This document shows positions 1 to 8,479 of a DNA stretch of 64,000 bases, piece after piece. The stretch spans positions 22,942 to 86,941 of the forward strand of contig JBBDYD010000142.1 in NCBI GenBank assembly GCA_040901865.1. Direction: 5' to 3'. Origin of the DNA: Bacteroidota bacterium (GTDB lineage Bacteria; Bacteroidota; Ignavibacteria; UBA10030). Each line of letters begins with the position of its first letter. The first letter of the stretch is position 1. The translations under genes and the position numbers were made by a program. Below the pieces are notes generated by a model. That model did no database searches and was not told the DNA's origin. It saw only the letters and a program-made list of their open reading frames with translations.

Positions 1-599
1 TTAGAGCCCAGATCCGTCGTCTACGTCAAGGCCGCCGGCTGGTGGATGTAGGACTGGTAACGTATGAGGCATCTGACGGAACAACCCTGGAGCGTTTGTT
101 TCTCAATGACTGCCAGCCTGGAATCGCGGCGCGTGTTGTACAGCGGGTCACCCCTGCGCTTAAGAGGCTTGCCGGTTTCCTCGCTTATGGAATTGCCTCC
201 ACGTTGACTGCCCTTACCTATCGCGGTCATCACATGAAGATAACATGCGATCGTGACAAGCCCATTGAGGGAATGTTCCTTGGCGTTGTTGCCGCGAATG
301 GCAGATTTGCCGGCGGCGGAATGGATTTCGCCCCCTATTCACGGATTGACGATGGAAAACTTGATGTGATCATGATCCGTGACCAGCGGAGGATTGATCG
401 GCTGATGAACCTTCCGAAAATCTACTCAGGCCGGCACATCGGCCTGCCCTGGGTCATCTGGAGAAAAGCGCAAAAAGTCCGAATAACCTCAAACGAACCC
501 GTTGCTTTGGAGGCAGATGGGGAGCTTCTAGGATACCTCCCATGCGAAATTCGGGTCCTTCCCCGTGCCTTGACCATCGCATCTTCCCCGGACCCGTGA
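1..599 (+). CDS. Diacylglycerol/lipid kinase catalytic-domain protein (YegS/BmrU family); C-terminal part only, the 5' end lies outside the window
   Basis: The reading frame is open to the window edge. The translation carries the GGGMDFAP..DDGKLDV..ADGELLG motifs of the DAGK catalytic family. Stop codon at 597-599. Confidence 0.6.
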   Translation, partial: RAQIRRLRQGRRLVDVGLVTYEASDGTTLERLFLNDCQPGIAARVVQRVTPALKRLAGFLAYGIASTLTALTYRGHHMKITCDRDKPIEGMFLGVVAANGRFAGGGMDFAPYSRIDDGKLDVIMIRDQRRIDRLMNLPKIYSGRHIGLPWVIWRKAQKVRITSNEPVALEADGELLGYLPCEIRVLPRALTIASSPDP

Positions 600-633
600 A
601 TTCATAGGGAATTGGCTAATAAGTTTAATAGTG

Positions 634-700
634 AACAGTAAACGGAGGCGTACATTGGCGCTATTCACTGTTTGCTGTTCACCGTTCACCCTGAGATTCT
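634..700 (+). promoter_or_regulatory. Palindromic GTGAACAG element pair upstream of the first ECF sigma gene (candidate autoregulated ECF promoter/operator)
   Basis: GTGAACAGTAAAC ...22 nt... GTTTGCTGTTCAC, then a direct repeat GTTCACC x2. The GAAC and CGTA submotifs resemble ECF -35/-10 elements, but the spacing is atypical. Confidence 0.35.
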
Positions 701-781
701 ATAAAGCCCCCCACTCTTCACCTGATTTTTCATAACCTTTTCCAACTTTCGAAGTCTTATCTACATGCCGGACCGCAAACT

Positions 782-1336
782 GTGACAAGACCATCAGACA
801 ACGAGTTGATGCTCCAGGTGAAAGACGGAGATGTGGGGAAGCTGGGGATACTGTTTGAGCGTCACCATGGAAAGCTGTATGGGTTCCTGGTGCGCCTGAC
901 GAATCGGAGGGAGACAAGCGAGGATCTCGTCCAGGAAGTGTTTTTTCGAATTCTCCGATACCGGAGTACATTCCGGGGTGATGCTCCGTTTACTGCATGG
1001 ATGTATCAGCTTGGCAGAAATGTCATTTCGGATTATTTCAGGAAACTGAAGGAAGTGGCTCCGTTAAGCGAGGCAGAAGCCTCCGCGGATCCTGAGTCAT
1101 CGCCAGCTCACCTCCTGGAACAAATCGAACAACACGACTTGTTGCATCTTGCTCTTTCCAGATTGTCGTTGGAGAAGCGTGAGGTCCTTGTGTTGAGCAG
1201 GTTTCAAGGGATGAAGTATGAAGAAATCGGGCGGGTCCTTCAGTGCCCGGTCGGAACCGTGAAAGCGAAAGTTCATTTTGCATTGAAAGAGCTGCGAGAA
1301 ATCTATTTGGGCCTTTCGGAGGAAGCAATCCTATGA
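782..1336 (+). CDS. ECF-type RNA polymerase sigma-70 factor
   Basis: 184 aa with region-2 and region-4 signatures (LVQEVFFRI; EIGRVLQCPVGTVKAKVHFALKEL). Its stop overlaps the next gene in an ATGA junction. Confidence 0.85.
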   Translation: MTRPSDNELMLQVKDGDVGKLGILFERHHGKLYGFLVRLTNRRETSEDLVQEVFFRILRYRSTFRGDAPFTAWMYQLGRNVISDYFRKLKEVAPLSEAEASADPESSPAHLLEQIEQHDLLHLALSRLSLEKREVLVLSRFQGMKYEEIGRVLQCPVGTVKAKVHFALKELREIYLGLSEEAIL

Positions 1337-2145
1337 CACACGTTCAAAATCGGCTGTCCGAGTATCTCATGGATGATTTGGGGCGAAAAGAGCGCGCGGA
1401 AATTGATGCACATCTGCAGGGGTGCACGATTTGCCGTGAAGAATTTGACACTCTCTTGAGGCTGTGGTCAAAACTTGGAGCGCTTCCCGAGGAACAACCA
1501 TCGGAAAAAGTCCGTGCCAGGTTCTATTCGATGCTGGAAGCCTACGAGGAAGGACTTCGCCACGCACCTGCGTCAAGTGGAATGCTGGCCGTCCTGAACC
1601 GGGTTGTCGAAAAATTCTGGCCTGTTCAACCCGCCGCTCAGGTCGGACTTGCCGCCCTGCTCCTCCTGGTTGGTGTGTTCGCGGGGATACGCCTCTCCGC
1701 GGGCGCCGGCGATCAAAACGAGATTTCACAATTGAGAGGAGAAGTACGTCACGTGGGTCAGTTGCTCACAATCTCCCTCCTGAGCCAGCAATCCGCCAGC
1801 GAGCGCCTTCGGGGTGTGGCGTCCACCTACCAAATGGATCAACCCGACGAACAGGTGGTAAGTGCACTTCTCCGCGCTCTGAAGTACGATTCGAATGTGA
1901 ACGTGCGGCTTGCTGCAATCGACGCTTTGGGTAAATTCGTTTCGAACCCCGAAGTCGGACGTGAAGTGATTGAGTCCCTGCCGCGGGAATCATCCCCTCT
2001 CGTTCAAATAGCTCTGATCGACATTTTGATCCAGGAGCGGGTCCGCCAATCGACAGATGTTCTCAAAACCATGGCGGCAGATCCGTCGGTGGATAATGCC
2101 GTAAAGCAAAGAATCGCTGCGGGTCTCAGCGAACTTTCATTGTAG
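1333..2145 (+). CDS. Anti-sigma factor: zf-HC2 (HLQGCTICREEF), one transmembrane segment, periplasmic HEAT-repeat domain
   Basis: I placed the start at ATG 1333, overlapping the sigma stop. The 1243 start in the ORF track is a spurious 5' extension. HC2 zinc-finger motif near the N-terminus and a hydrophobic segment (LAALLLLVGVFAGI). HEAT-like repeats (VRLAAIDALGKF; LVQIALIDILIQ). Confidence 0.7.
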   Translation: MTHVQNRLSEYLMDDLGRKERAEIDAHLQGCTICREEFDTLLRLWSKLGALPEEQPSEKVRARFYSMLEAYEEGLRHAPASSGMLAVLNRVVEKFWPVQPAAQVGLAALLLLVGVFAGIRLSAGAGDQNEISQLRGEVRHVGQLLTISLLSQQSASERLRGVASTYQMDQPDEQVVSALLRALKYDSNVNVRLAAIDALGKFVSNPEVGREVIESLPRESSPLVQIALIDILIQERVRQSTDVLKTMAADPSVDNAVKQRIAAGLSELSL

Positions 2146-2154
2146 GCGACGATA

Positions 2155-2991
2155 ATGAAAATCCTCTTTTGCCTTCTTGTGCTCATACCGGCTGCCCATT
2201 GTCAGGATGCCAGGGAACAGACGATCACCAGGGTTCTCCGGTTTGCAGACGCTTCCTCACAGCGAAGCCTTCTGGTCGATAATGTTCAGGGGTCCATTCT
2301 TGTCTCTGTGCATGACGGCGAAACAGTGGAGATGAAGGCCGTCCGCAGAACACAGGCGGAATCCGAAGCCAAGTTTCAAGAGTCAAATGAAGATGTTCTG
2401 CTCGACGTTCGGGAAGAACGCAATCGCATCGAAATCATTGTTGACACGCCATGGCGTAATCGGTGGAACGGCCATAACTCCCGCGGGTACCGGTACTATG
2501 GCTATGATGTGAAATTCGATTTTGAACTTAAAGTCCCCAGAGCTCTTAATCTCTATTTTCATACGGTCAATGACGGAGATATTGAAGTCCGTGATGTGAG
2601 CGGTTCTTTTGAAATCAAGAACGTCAACGGGGGCGTCACAATGACCGGGATCGCCGGGGCAGGCCACGTGTCTTCGGTCAACGGATCACTGCAGATCGGC
2701 TTCAGGGAGAATCCGGTTGAGGAATGTCTCTTTCAAACAGTGAACGGATCGGTGGAGGTTTCCTTTCAGGATCCCCTCTCGGCAGAATTGCTCTTGAAAA
2801 CATTTAATGGAAAAGCCTACACGGATTTCGATGTGACCGCGGCGCCAAGGACAATTCCCACTATCAAAGAAAAGCATGGAAAGAAGACCTACCGGGGCGG
2901 CGATGCATATGTTGTCCTCGCGGGCGGAGGCGGACCGCAACTCGCGTTTGACACCCTGAATGGTTCCATCCACATTCTGAGAAACCAATAA
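2155..2991 (+). CDS. Secreted DUF4097-like (putative adhesin/beta-helix) protein
   Basis: Signal peptide (MKILFCLLVLIPAAHC). Repeated VNG[GS]V/ VNDGDIEV strands typical of DUF4097. Sits directly after the sigma/anti-sigma pair. Confidence 0.7.
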   Translation: MKILFCLLVLIPAAHCQDAREQTITRVLRFADASSQRSLLVDNVQGSILVSVHDGETVEMKAVRRTQAESEAKFQESNEDVLLDVREERNRIEIIVDTPWRNRWNGHNSRGYRYYGYDVKFDFELKVPRALNLYFHTVNDGDIEVRDVSGSFEIKNVNGGVTMTGIAGAGHVSSVNGSLQIGFRENPVEECLFQTVNGSVEVSFQDPLSAELLLKTFNGKAYTDFDVTAAPRTIPTIKEKHGKKTYRGGDAYVVLAGGGGPQLAFDTLNGSIHILRNQ

Positions 2992-3070
2992 TACACGCAT
3001 GTCCGCGCCTTGCTCGCGGAATTCAACACGGGCAGGCGGATTTGAAAACTTATCCTTGAGGAACAGTCCG

Positions 3071-3895
3071 ATGAAAAAAGCATTAAACACATTGAATCTC
3101 CTATTGCTCACTTCTGTTGCCGCTCTGGCTGGGGTACAGGATCCGAATGTTGACCGCGTCACGATACCTCTTGCCGACCCAAACCGCCCCGCGGTTCTCA
3201 GCGTGGGATTGATCGCAGGAAGCATCTCCGTCAAGGCACACAGCGGAAAGGATGTTATCGTGGAGATCAGGCAGCAGCTGGAATCAAGCAATCCAAAGGA
3301 AAAAACACAGGGAGGATTGAGGCTCATTCCGAATACGAGTTCCGGATTGACGGTAGAGCAGGAAGGCAACACGGTCGAGGTCGGCGTAGGAATGGCGGCG
3401 ATGCACAGGGAAAAACAACTCATCATTCAGGTTCCCGTCAATACATCCGTAAAGCTCAGTACGGTGAATGACGGCGACATTGAGGTGGAGGGAATCAACG
3501 GTGAGATCGAGGTCAATAATATAAACGGGGCAGTGTATCTCAGGAACATCTCCGGCTCGGCGGTTGCTCATGCCCTCAATGGGGATCTGGTGGCCACCTT
3601 TCAATCGGTGACGCCCAACAAATCGATGTCGTTCAGCTCTCTAAACGGAAAGATCGATGTCACGTTTCCCCCATCTGTCAAAGCGACCATAAATCTGAAA
3701 TCCGAACAGGGGGAGATCTACACGGATTTTGATGTCGTCATGGAGAAAACGGCAACCAAGATTGAGGAAGAGGGGACGGGAAAACGCAAACGTATTGTGA
3801 TCGAAAAAGGCATGCGGGGAACCATCAATGGCGGTGGCGCCGAAATCCTCTTCAAGAATTTCAACGGAGATATCTATATTCGGAAGGGAAAATAG
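3071..3895 (+). CDS. Secreted DUF4097-like protein, paralogue of the previous gene
   Basis: I chose the internal ATG at 3071 because it gives a signal peptide (MKKALNTLNLLLLTSVAALAG). Same VNDGDIEVEGINGEIEV repeat pattern. Followed by a strong terminator. Confidence 0.7.
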   Translation: MKKALNTLNLLLLTSVAALAGVQDPNVDRVTIPLADPNRPAVLSVGLIAGSISVKAHSGKDVIVEIRQQLESSNPKEKTQGGLRLIPNTSSGLTVEQEGNTVEVGVGMAAMHREKQLIIQVPVNTSVKLSTVNDGDIEVEGINGEIEVNNINGAVYLRNISGSAVAHALNGDLVATFQSVTPNKSMSFSSLNGKIDVTFPPSVKATINLKSEQGEIYTDFDVVMEKTATKIEEEGTGKRKRIVIEKGMRGTINGGGAEILFKNFNGDIYIRKGK

Positions 3896-3915
3896 TCTCT
3901 TCAGCGGTTTTCTTC

Positions 3916-3949
3916 GATCCCGGCCCAGGTCGGGATTTTTTTTTGCTCA
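3916..3949 (+). terminator. Rho-independent terminator (GC stem followed by a T9 run)
   Basis: The stem gatcccggcc/ggtcgggat is followed by ttttttttt. Confidence 0.7.
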
Positions 3950-4011
3950 TTGGTTTTTCCGGCAAGGATTGCTACATTCCAGAGCCCGCTGGACGGGCTT
4001 TTGGAGGCTGA

Positions 4012-5106
4012 ATGAAGACAATTCTCATAATCGAAGATGAAGCAGCCTTCCGGGAGGCAATCGCGTTTGCACTGGAAGGAGAGGGATACAAGGTGCTCCA
4101 GGCGGATAACGGCGCTGAAGGCATCGAACTGGCACGGACGCAAATCCCGGATTTGATTGTCTCTGATGTGATGATGGAGAGCGTCGATGGATATGAGGCT
4201 GTTCTGACCCTGCGCCAGGATCCCAGAACGACGGGAATTCCCATCATCCTGATGACCGGCAAGGCGAACAAAGAGGGACTGGTTCATGCGATCGAACTTG
4301 GGGCAGATGATTATCTTTCGAAACCCTTCACGGTGAGTGAGTTGATGGAAGCAATCAATATCCGCTTCAAAAAAAAGGACGAGGCACGAAAGAAGCATCA
4401 GGAAAGTTCGACCGACCCGAGATCATACGTCACCATCGGCATTCCCGGCGACCTCAGAACACCCATTGCGGGAATTCTCGGCTTTTCGAAGGCCATCAGC
4501 CGGGAGTACGTCGAAATGCGGCAAAGCGAAATTCTCGAACTGGGGAGGGCAATTCAGAGAGCGGCAAGAAATGTCCAACGTCTGACGGAGAATTTTTCAA
4601 TTTTGGCCCAGATCGAAATTATCGCCAACGATGCCGAAAAAGTGAAGGGGTTACGATCGTTCAAAACATCCGGAGTGAAGGATGTTCTCGAACCGATTGC
4701 ATTGGATCTTGCGCATCATTATGAACGAAACGACGATTTGGTCATGATGATCAGCGATTTTTCTGCGGGGTGCTCTGCCGAATATCTCTCGAAGATGGCA
4801 TTTGAACTCATTGACAATGCTCTGAAATTCTCGTCTAAAGGTCAGAAGATCCAGGTCTCCGCTCTTCCCTCGGATGGAAATTTTTCGCTGATCGTCACGG
4901 ATTTTGGCCGCGGAATGACGCCGCAGCAGATGAACGACGTCCAATCGTTTGCCACACTCCACTCACGATTGCATGAAGACCGGTTCTTTGGCTGGGGGCT
5001 TGTGGTCACAAAACGACTCGTTGAGCTTCATGGTGGCTCGCTTGTGCTCGCCAGCGCCGGGGCGGCCGGAATGATGGCAAAGATCCTTCTCCCCTCGGGT
5101 TCCTGA
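4012..5106 (+). CDS. Hybrid two-component protein: REC, HisKA-like and HATPase_c domains. The H-box histidine is replaced by glycine
   Basis: The REC domain has its Asp (DLIVSDVMM) and Lys (YLSKPF). The dimerisation box reads IPGDLRTPIAGILGFS where SHELRTP is expected. ATP-lid motifs DFGRGM and GWGLVV are present. Confidence 0.8.
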   Translation: MKTILIIEDEAAFREAIAFALEGEGYKVLQADNGAEGIELARTQIPDLIVSDVMMESVDGYEAVLTLRQDPRTTGIPIILMTGKANKEGLVHAIELGADDYLSKPFTVSELMEAINIRFKKKDEARKKHQESSTDPRSYVTIGIPGDLRTPIAGILGFSKAISREYVEMRQSEILELGRAIQRAARNVQRLTENFSILAQIEIIANDAEKVKGLRSFKTSGVKDVLEPIALDLAHHYERNDDLVMMISDFSAGCSAEYLSKMAFELIDNALKFSSKGQKIQVSALPSDGNFSLIVTDFGRGMTPQQMNDVQSFATLHSRLHEDRFFGWGLVVTKRLVELHGGSLVLASAGAAGMMAKILLPSGS

Positions 5107-5117
5107 TTCTCAAAACA

Positions 5118-5149
5118 AACCCGGTTCACCTGAACCGGGTTCAAAATTT
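5118..5149. terminator. Bidirectional hairpin terminator between convergent genes
   Basis: Perfect 11-bp inverted repeat aacccggttca-cc-tgaaccgggtt, flanked by A/T runs on both sides. Confidence 0.65.
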
Positions 5150-5169
5150 CCCCCTCCGAAAATACCAAG

Positions 5170-6504
5170 TTACTGATTGTTCTTCTGAATCCGATAATTG
5201 TCGTACTGGATTGACTTCTTTGCCCTGCGATGATCACCGGAGCTGTCTTTCAAGGCTTTCTTGAACGCGTCGAGTCTCCCTAACTGGTCCAGCAGGATGC
5301 CTCCGGACTCCGGAGACTCGGCCGCAGGGGAAGACCTGAGAAATGTTCCAGCGCTCTCAAGTTCTTGGAGCGCCTGTTCTTCATTGCCGCTGTCAAGAGC
5401 CTCCATGGCTTTCTCCACCGTGCGGGTTGATACGGCAATGTCCGCTTTTGCCTGCGCGTCCAGATTTCTTCTCTCTTCAACCGCCTCGAGATTCCGGGAG
5501 TATTCAACGGAAATATCAAAGGGCTTCGGAGATTGCAGTGAAGAGTTGTCGGTTTCATATCTCAATGAGCCGCGGGCGAGAGCAAGGGTTCCGGATCCTG
5601 CGGGAATCCGAAGCTCCACGGTGACCTCCTGGGTATGGCCTGCCGCCAGGTCTCCCAATGAAATACTGCATCGGTTTCCTTCAGTGGTCCACGGGTAACC
5701 AATGACATCGGCGATCTGAACTCCGGTTCCGAATGTGAGCTCCAGCGTGGAGTTCTGAGCAAGAATTGTTGTCATAGCGTCGAACTCACGACGGAGGATG
5801 TGCGCGATCGAGTGCGGACTTTCGATGAAGTAATAGTTTCCACCTCCGTACTCTGCTAATCCAACCATGAGGTTCTCATTGTAATCGAGTCCCACACCAA
5901 TAGTCGTGAGAGAAATCGATTGTGAACGATATCGCCGCGCAATCTTGTTCAGAGCATGAGGATCGGTTATCCCCTGGTTCGCAAGACCGTCAGACAGAAG
6001 GACAACGCGGTTCACAAATTCGCGGGAGGCCGTCGCAGCAACCTGTTCGAGCCCCTTCACCATCCCGCCCCCGAGGTTGGTCGATCCGCGCGGGAAGATC
6101 TGTTCGACCAACCGGTGGATTTCCCGCTTGTCTCGTACCCTCCCGGGCGGTCTGAGAACCTCAACGATGTCGTCATACATTACTATGGAAAGTAGGTCGT
6201 CAGGCGAAAGGCGGTCCACAAGTGACAACAATGCTGACTTTGCATAGTGAATCTTTCGTTCATCTGCCATTGATCCGCTGCGATCAAGTACGATCGACAG
6301 GTTCATGGGTTTCTTCCGGGGAACGTCGAATGTGGGAGGAGAGATCGAAATTTGAAGAAATACGGTCCCGCCCATGAACGGAACGAGCGGGCAATTGACC
6401 CTGCCTGAAAGCAGAATGGGTTCTCCGGGTTCATGGGCCTGCACCGGGGTCCTGTGTCCAAATAAAAGGGCCGCCGCGTATGCAAACATTGCAAGGGTTT
6501 TCAT
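5170..6504 (-). CDS. Secreted von Willebrand factor type A (VWA) domain protein with a long acidic/helical C-terminal region
   Basis: Signal peptide, then a DRSGSM MIDAS motif, then SDGLAN and other VWA strands. Monocistronic, lying between a terminator and a divergent promoter region. Confidence 0.8.
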   Translation of the reverse strand: MKTLAMFAYAAALLFGHRTPVQAHEPGEPILLSGRVNCPLVPFMGGTVFLQISISPPTFDVPRKKPMNLSIVLDRSGSMADERKIHYAKSALLSLVDRLSPDDLLSIVMYDDIVEVLRPPGRVRDKREIHRLVEQIFPRGSTNLGGGMVKGLEQVAATASREFVNRVVLLSDGLANQGITDPHALNKIARRYRSQSISLTTIGVGLDYNENLMVGLAEYGGGNYYFIESPHSIAHILRREFDAMTTILAQNSTLELTFGTGVQIADVIGYPWTTEGNRCSISLGDLAAGHTQEVTVELRIPAGSGTLALARGSLRYETDNSSLQSPKPFDISVEYSRNLEAVEERRNLDAQAKADIAVSTRTVEKAMEALDSGNEEQALQELESAGTFLRSSPAAESPESGGILLDQLGRLDAFKKALKDSSGDHRRAKKSIQYDNYRIQKNNQ

Positions 6505-6620
6505 GGAATCCTCCGAGTTGTTTGAATAAAGACGCCGTTCTTTCTACATTACCGGAGCGTCATTCCCGGTTATCTGCATTCACCTTCTGAGTGTCAATGT
6601 CATTCATGCTAGAAAGGTAA

Positions 6621-7193
6621 ATGGCACCTCCTACGTTTTTTCTCACTCGAGATGCCAGAATCCTTGACCTGATCCGAAGGGGGGACGAAGAGGCGCTTGT
6701 CATGCTCTTCCATGATACCAGGGCCACTGTGACTGATTTGGTTCTTCGAAACAACGGCTCATTGGATGATGCCGAGGATATCCTGCAGGAGGCGCTCGTG
6801 ATCCTCTGGAAACGGGTGAGGAGCAACAAATTCGAACATGCTGCGAAACTCAGCACATTCGTATTTGGCGTGGCAAGGAACCTCTGGCTTCGGGTGCTCG
6901 CGGGTCGTAAACGGGAGCCGTTGATGCCTGTCGATTACGATCCCGCCGACACGGGCGATTCTTTCGAGGAATCCCTGCTTCGCGATGAAGAGGCGGAGCT
7001 CGTTCGGCGGGCGCTCGATACGATCGACGTATCGTGCCGGAAGTTGCTCCTTCTGTTCTATTGGGAGGAACGGTCGATGGAAGAGATTGCCGGGATCATG
7101 GGATTTGCAAATTCCGCCACAGCGAAATCAAAAAAATACCAGTGCAAAAAGCATCTTGAGGTGATTTTGAAGTCTTTCGAGGCTGATCAATGA
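6621..7193 (+). CDS. ECF-type RNA polymerase sigma factor (second copy)
   Basis: Region 2 (LQEALVILWKRV) and region 4 (EEIAGIMGFANSATAKSKKYQCKKHL). ATGA overlap with the next gene. Confidence 0.85.
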   Translation: MAPPTFFLTRDARILDLIRRGDEEALVMLFHDTRATVTDLVLRNNGSLDDAEDILQEALVILWKRVRSNKFEHAAKLSTFVFGVARNLWLRVLAGRKREPLMPVDYDPADTGDSFEESLLRDEEAELVRRALDTIDVSCRKLLLLFYWEERSMEEIAGIMGFANSATAKSKKYQCKKHLEVILKSFEADQ

Positions 7194-8140
7194 GAAACGA
7201 ACATTGGACCGACGATTCCGAGCTTGTGGAATTGTTTGTCTCGGGGAACATGAGGTCGGAACGCACAAGAGATCTTGAAGCTCACTTGGCTCTCTGCGTG
7301 TCTTGCAGAAAGATTGTTGATCGGGAAGTTCTCGTGAGGGAGGGGATACGGCTGTACGCGCGTAACACTTTGAAACGCCGACTCCGGGAACGCTTGAGCC
7401 TTATTCCTGCATCCGGTGTTCCGTGGCCGCATATTCTCAGCGCTGCCGCTATGCTGATCATCATCGTTGGAATCGGAATTCAAACGCAGTGGTGGAAGTC
7501 CGCTGAACCAACGCTGCATGATTCGGATGTGAGCCGGGCCGATTCAATACGAAGCCGCGACTACCCCGCTGCTGAACGTAGTGCTCCGCCTGCTGAGGAA
7601 CTACGGGCAGCGGCCGAATTGTCAGTGGAAGACAGGATAGACGAAATGAGGGCTGTGGAGACTGATAGACAACTCAGGAGGGAGAGTGTCCCTCATGAAA
7701 CCCAACCCTCGGCAGGTTTTGCGCAATCACATGTGCAACAAACGGGAAGTATTGTCTGGGTTACAGGAATAATCCTGACTGAAGAGCCGACCGTCGCTTC
7801 CAGGGCGGATAAGGGAATCTTCATGGCTGAAAAAGAGGTTGCGAACGTTCCGAAACAGCTTTCAAAGGACATTGCTGGTCCGAGGATTGCTGCTTCACAA
7901 AAACCGCGCAGGATGCTTCCCCTCGCGCAGCAGGCGGGGGTACTGGGGATGCGGGAAGTCGTGACAGCGCTTGAGGAGAAGAATGACTCGCTCTATATGA
8001 CCATCTTCACCGATGATCGCGAACTCCAATCTCAGGAACTTCGCATCAATCCTGTGACAGACGATTCGATAATCGTAACATCGGGCAGGGCGAGAATAGC
8101 GTTCAAAATTCCCGGCGAGATGAAAGGAAAGATTCAATGA
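7190..8140 (+). CDS. Anti-sigma factor (zf-HC2, single transmembrane segment, periplasmic C-terminal domain)
   Basis: HLALCVSCRKIV motif and the hydrophobic segment ILSAAAMLIIIVGIGI. Translationally coupled to the sigma gene. Confidence 0.65.
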   Translation: MRNEHWTDDSELVELFVSGNMRSERTRDLEAHLALCVSCRKIVDREVLVREGIRLYARNTLKRRLRERLSLIPASGVPWPHILSAAAMLIIIVGIGIQTQWWKSAEPTLHDSDVSRADSIRSRDYPAAERSAPPAEELRAAAELSVEDRIDEMRAVETDRQLRRESVPHETQPSAGFAQSHVQQTGSIVWVTGIILTEEPTVASRADKGIFMAEKEVANVPKQLSKDIAGPRIAASQKPRRMLPLAQQAGVLGMREVVTALEEKNDSLYMTIFTDDRELQSQELRINPVTDDSIIVTSGRARIAFKIPGEMKGKIQ

Positions 8141-8479
8141 CGGTGTTGAAACCATTGCTTTCTTAGTGCCCGCCTGTTTCGCAGAGGATTTTCGGCTAAT
8201 ATCGCTCTAACCTCCTTTGTTTGAATCAGTTAGGTCTCCTTCACCTTGACTTTCTGCTCCGAACTCGTTAATTTCAGTTGGAAATAAATCAAGGTGGTCT
8301 TTTGGTTTGTATGCTTCTCCGGTTCCGATAAAGCATTACAATAAGATTGTGGACTTCCACACGACTGGAGAGCTCACGGTGGCTGGAAACCACGTTCTGC
8401 ACCTTCAACGTTCGCATCCTCCCGATTTCTCCCAACCGCGCTCAGGCACCGGATTTATCAAATCATTGAAGTCCAGAAC

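Noticed and set aside
1243-1332. Upstream extensions of several ORF-track calls (1243, 2999, 30057, 28109, 29460, 39236, 45041, 50167, 50785, 55887, 57166, 63565)
   Set aside because: Each extension overlaps the preceding gene or lacks an SD. Internal starts give proper signal peptides, an SD at 6-9 nt spacing, or family-typical N-termini.
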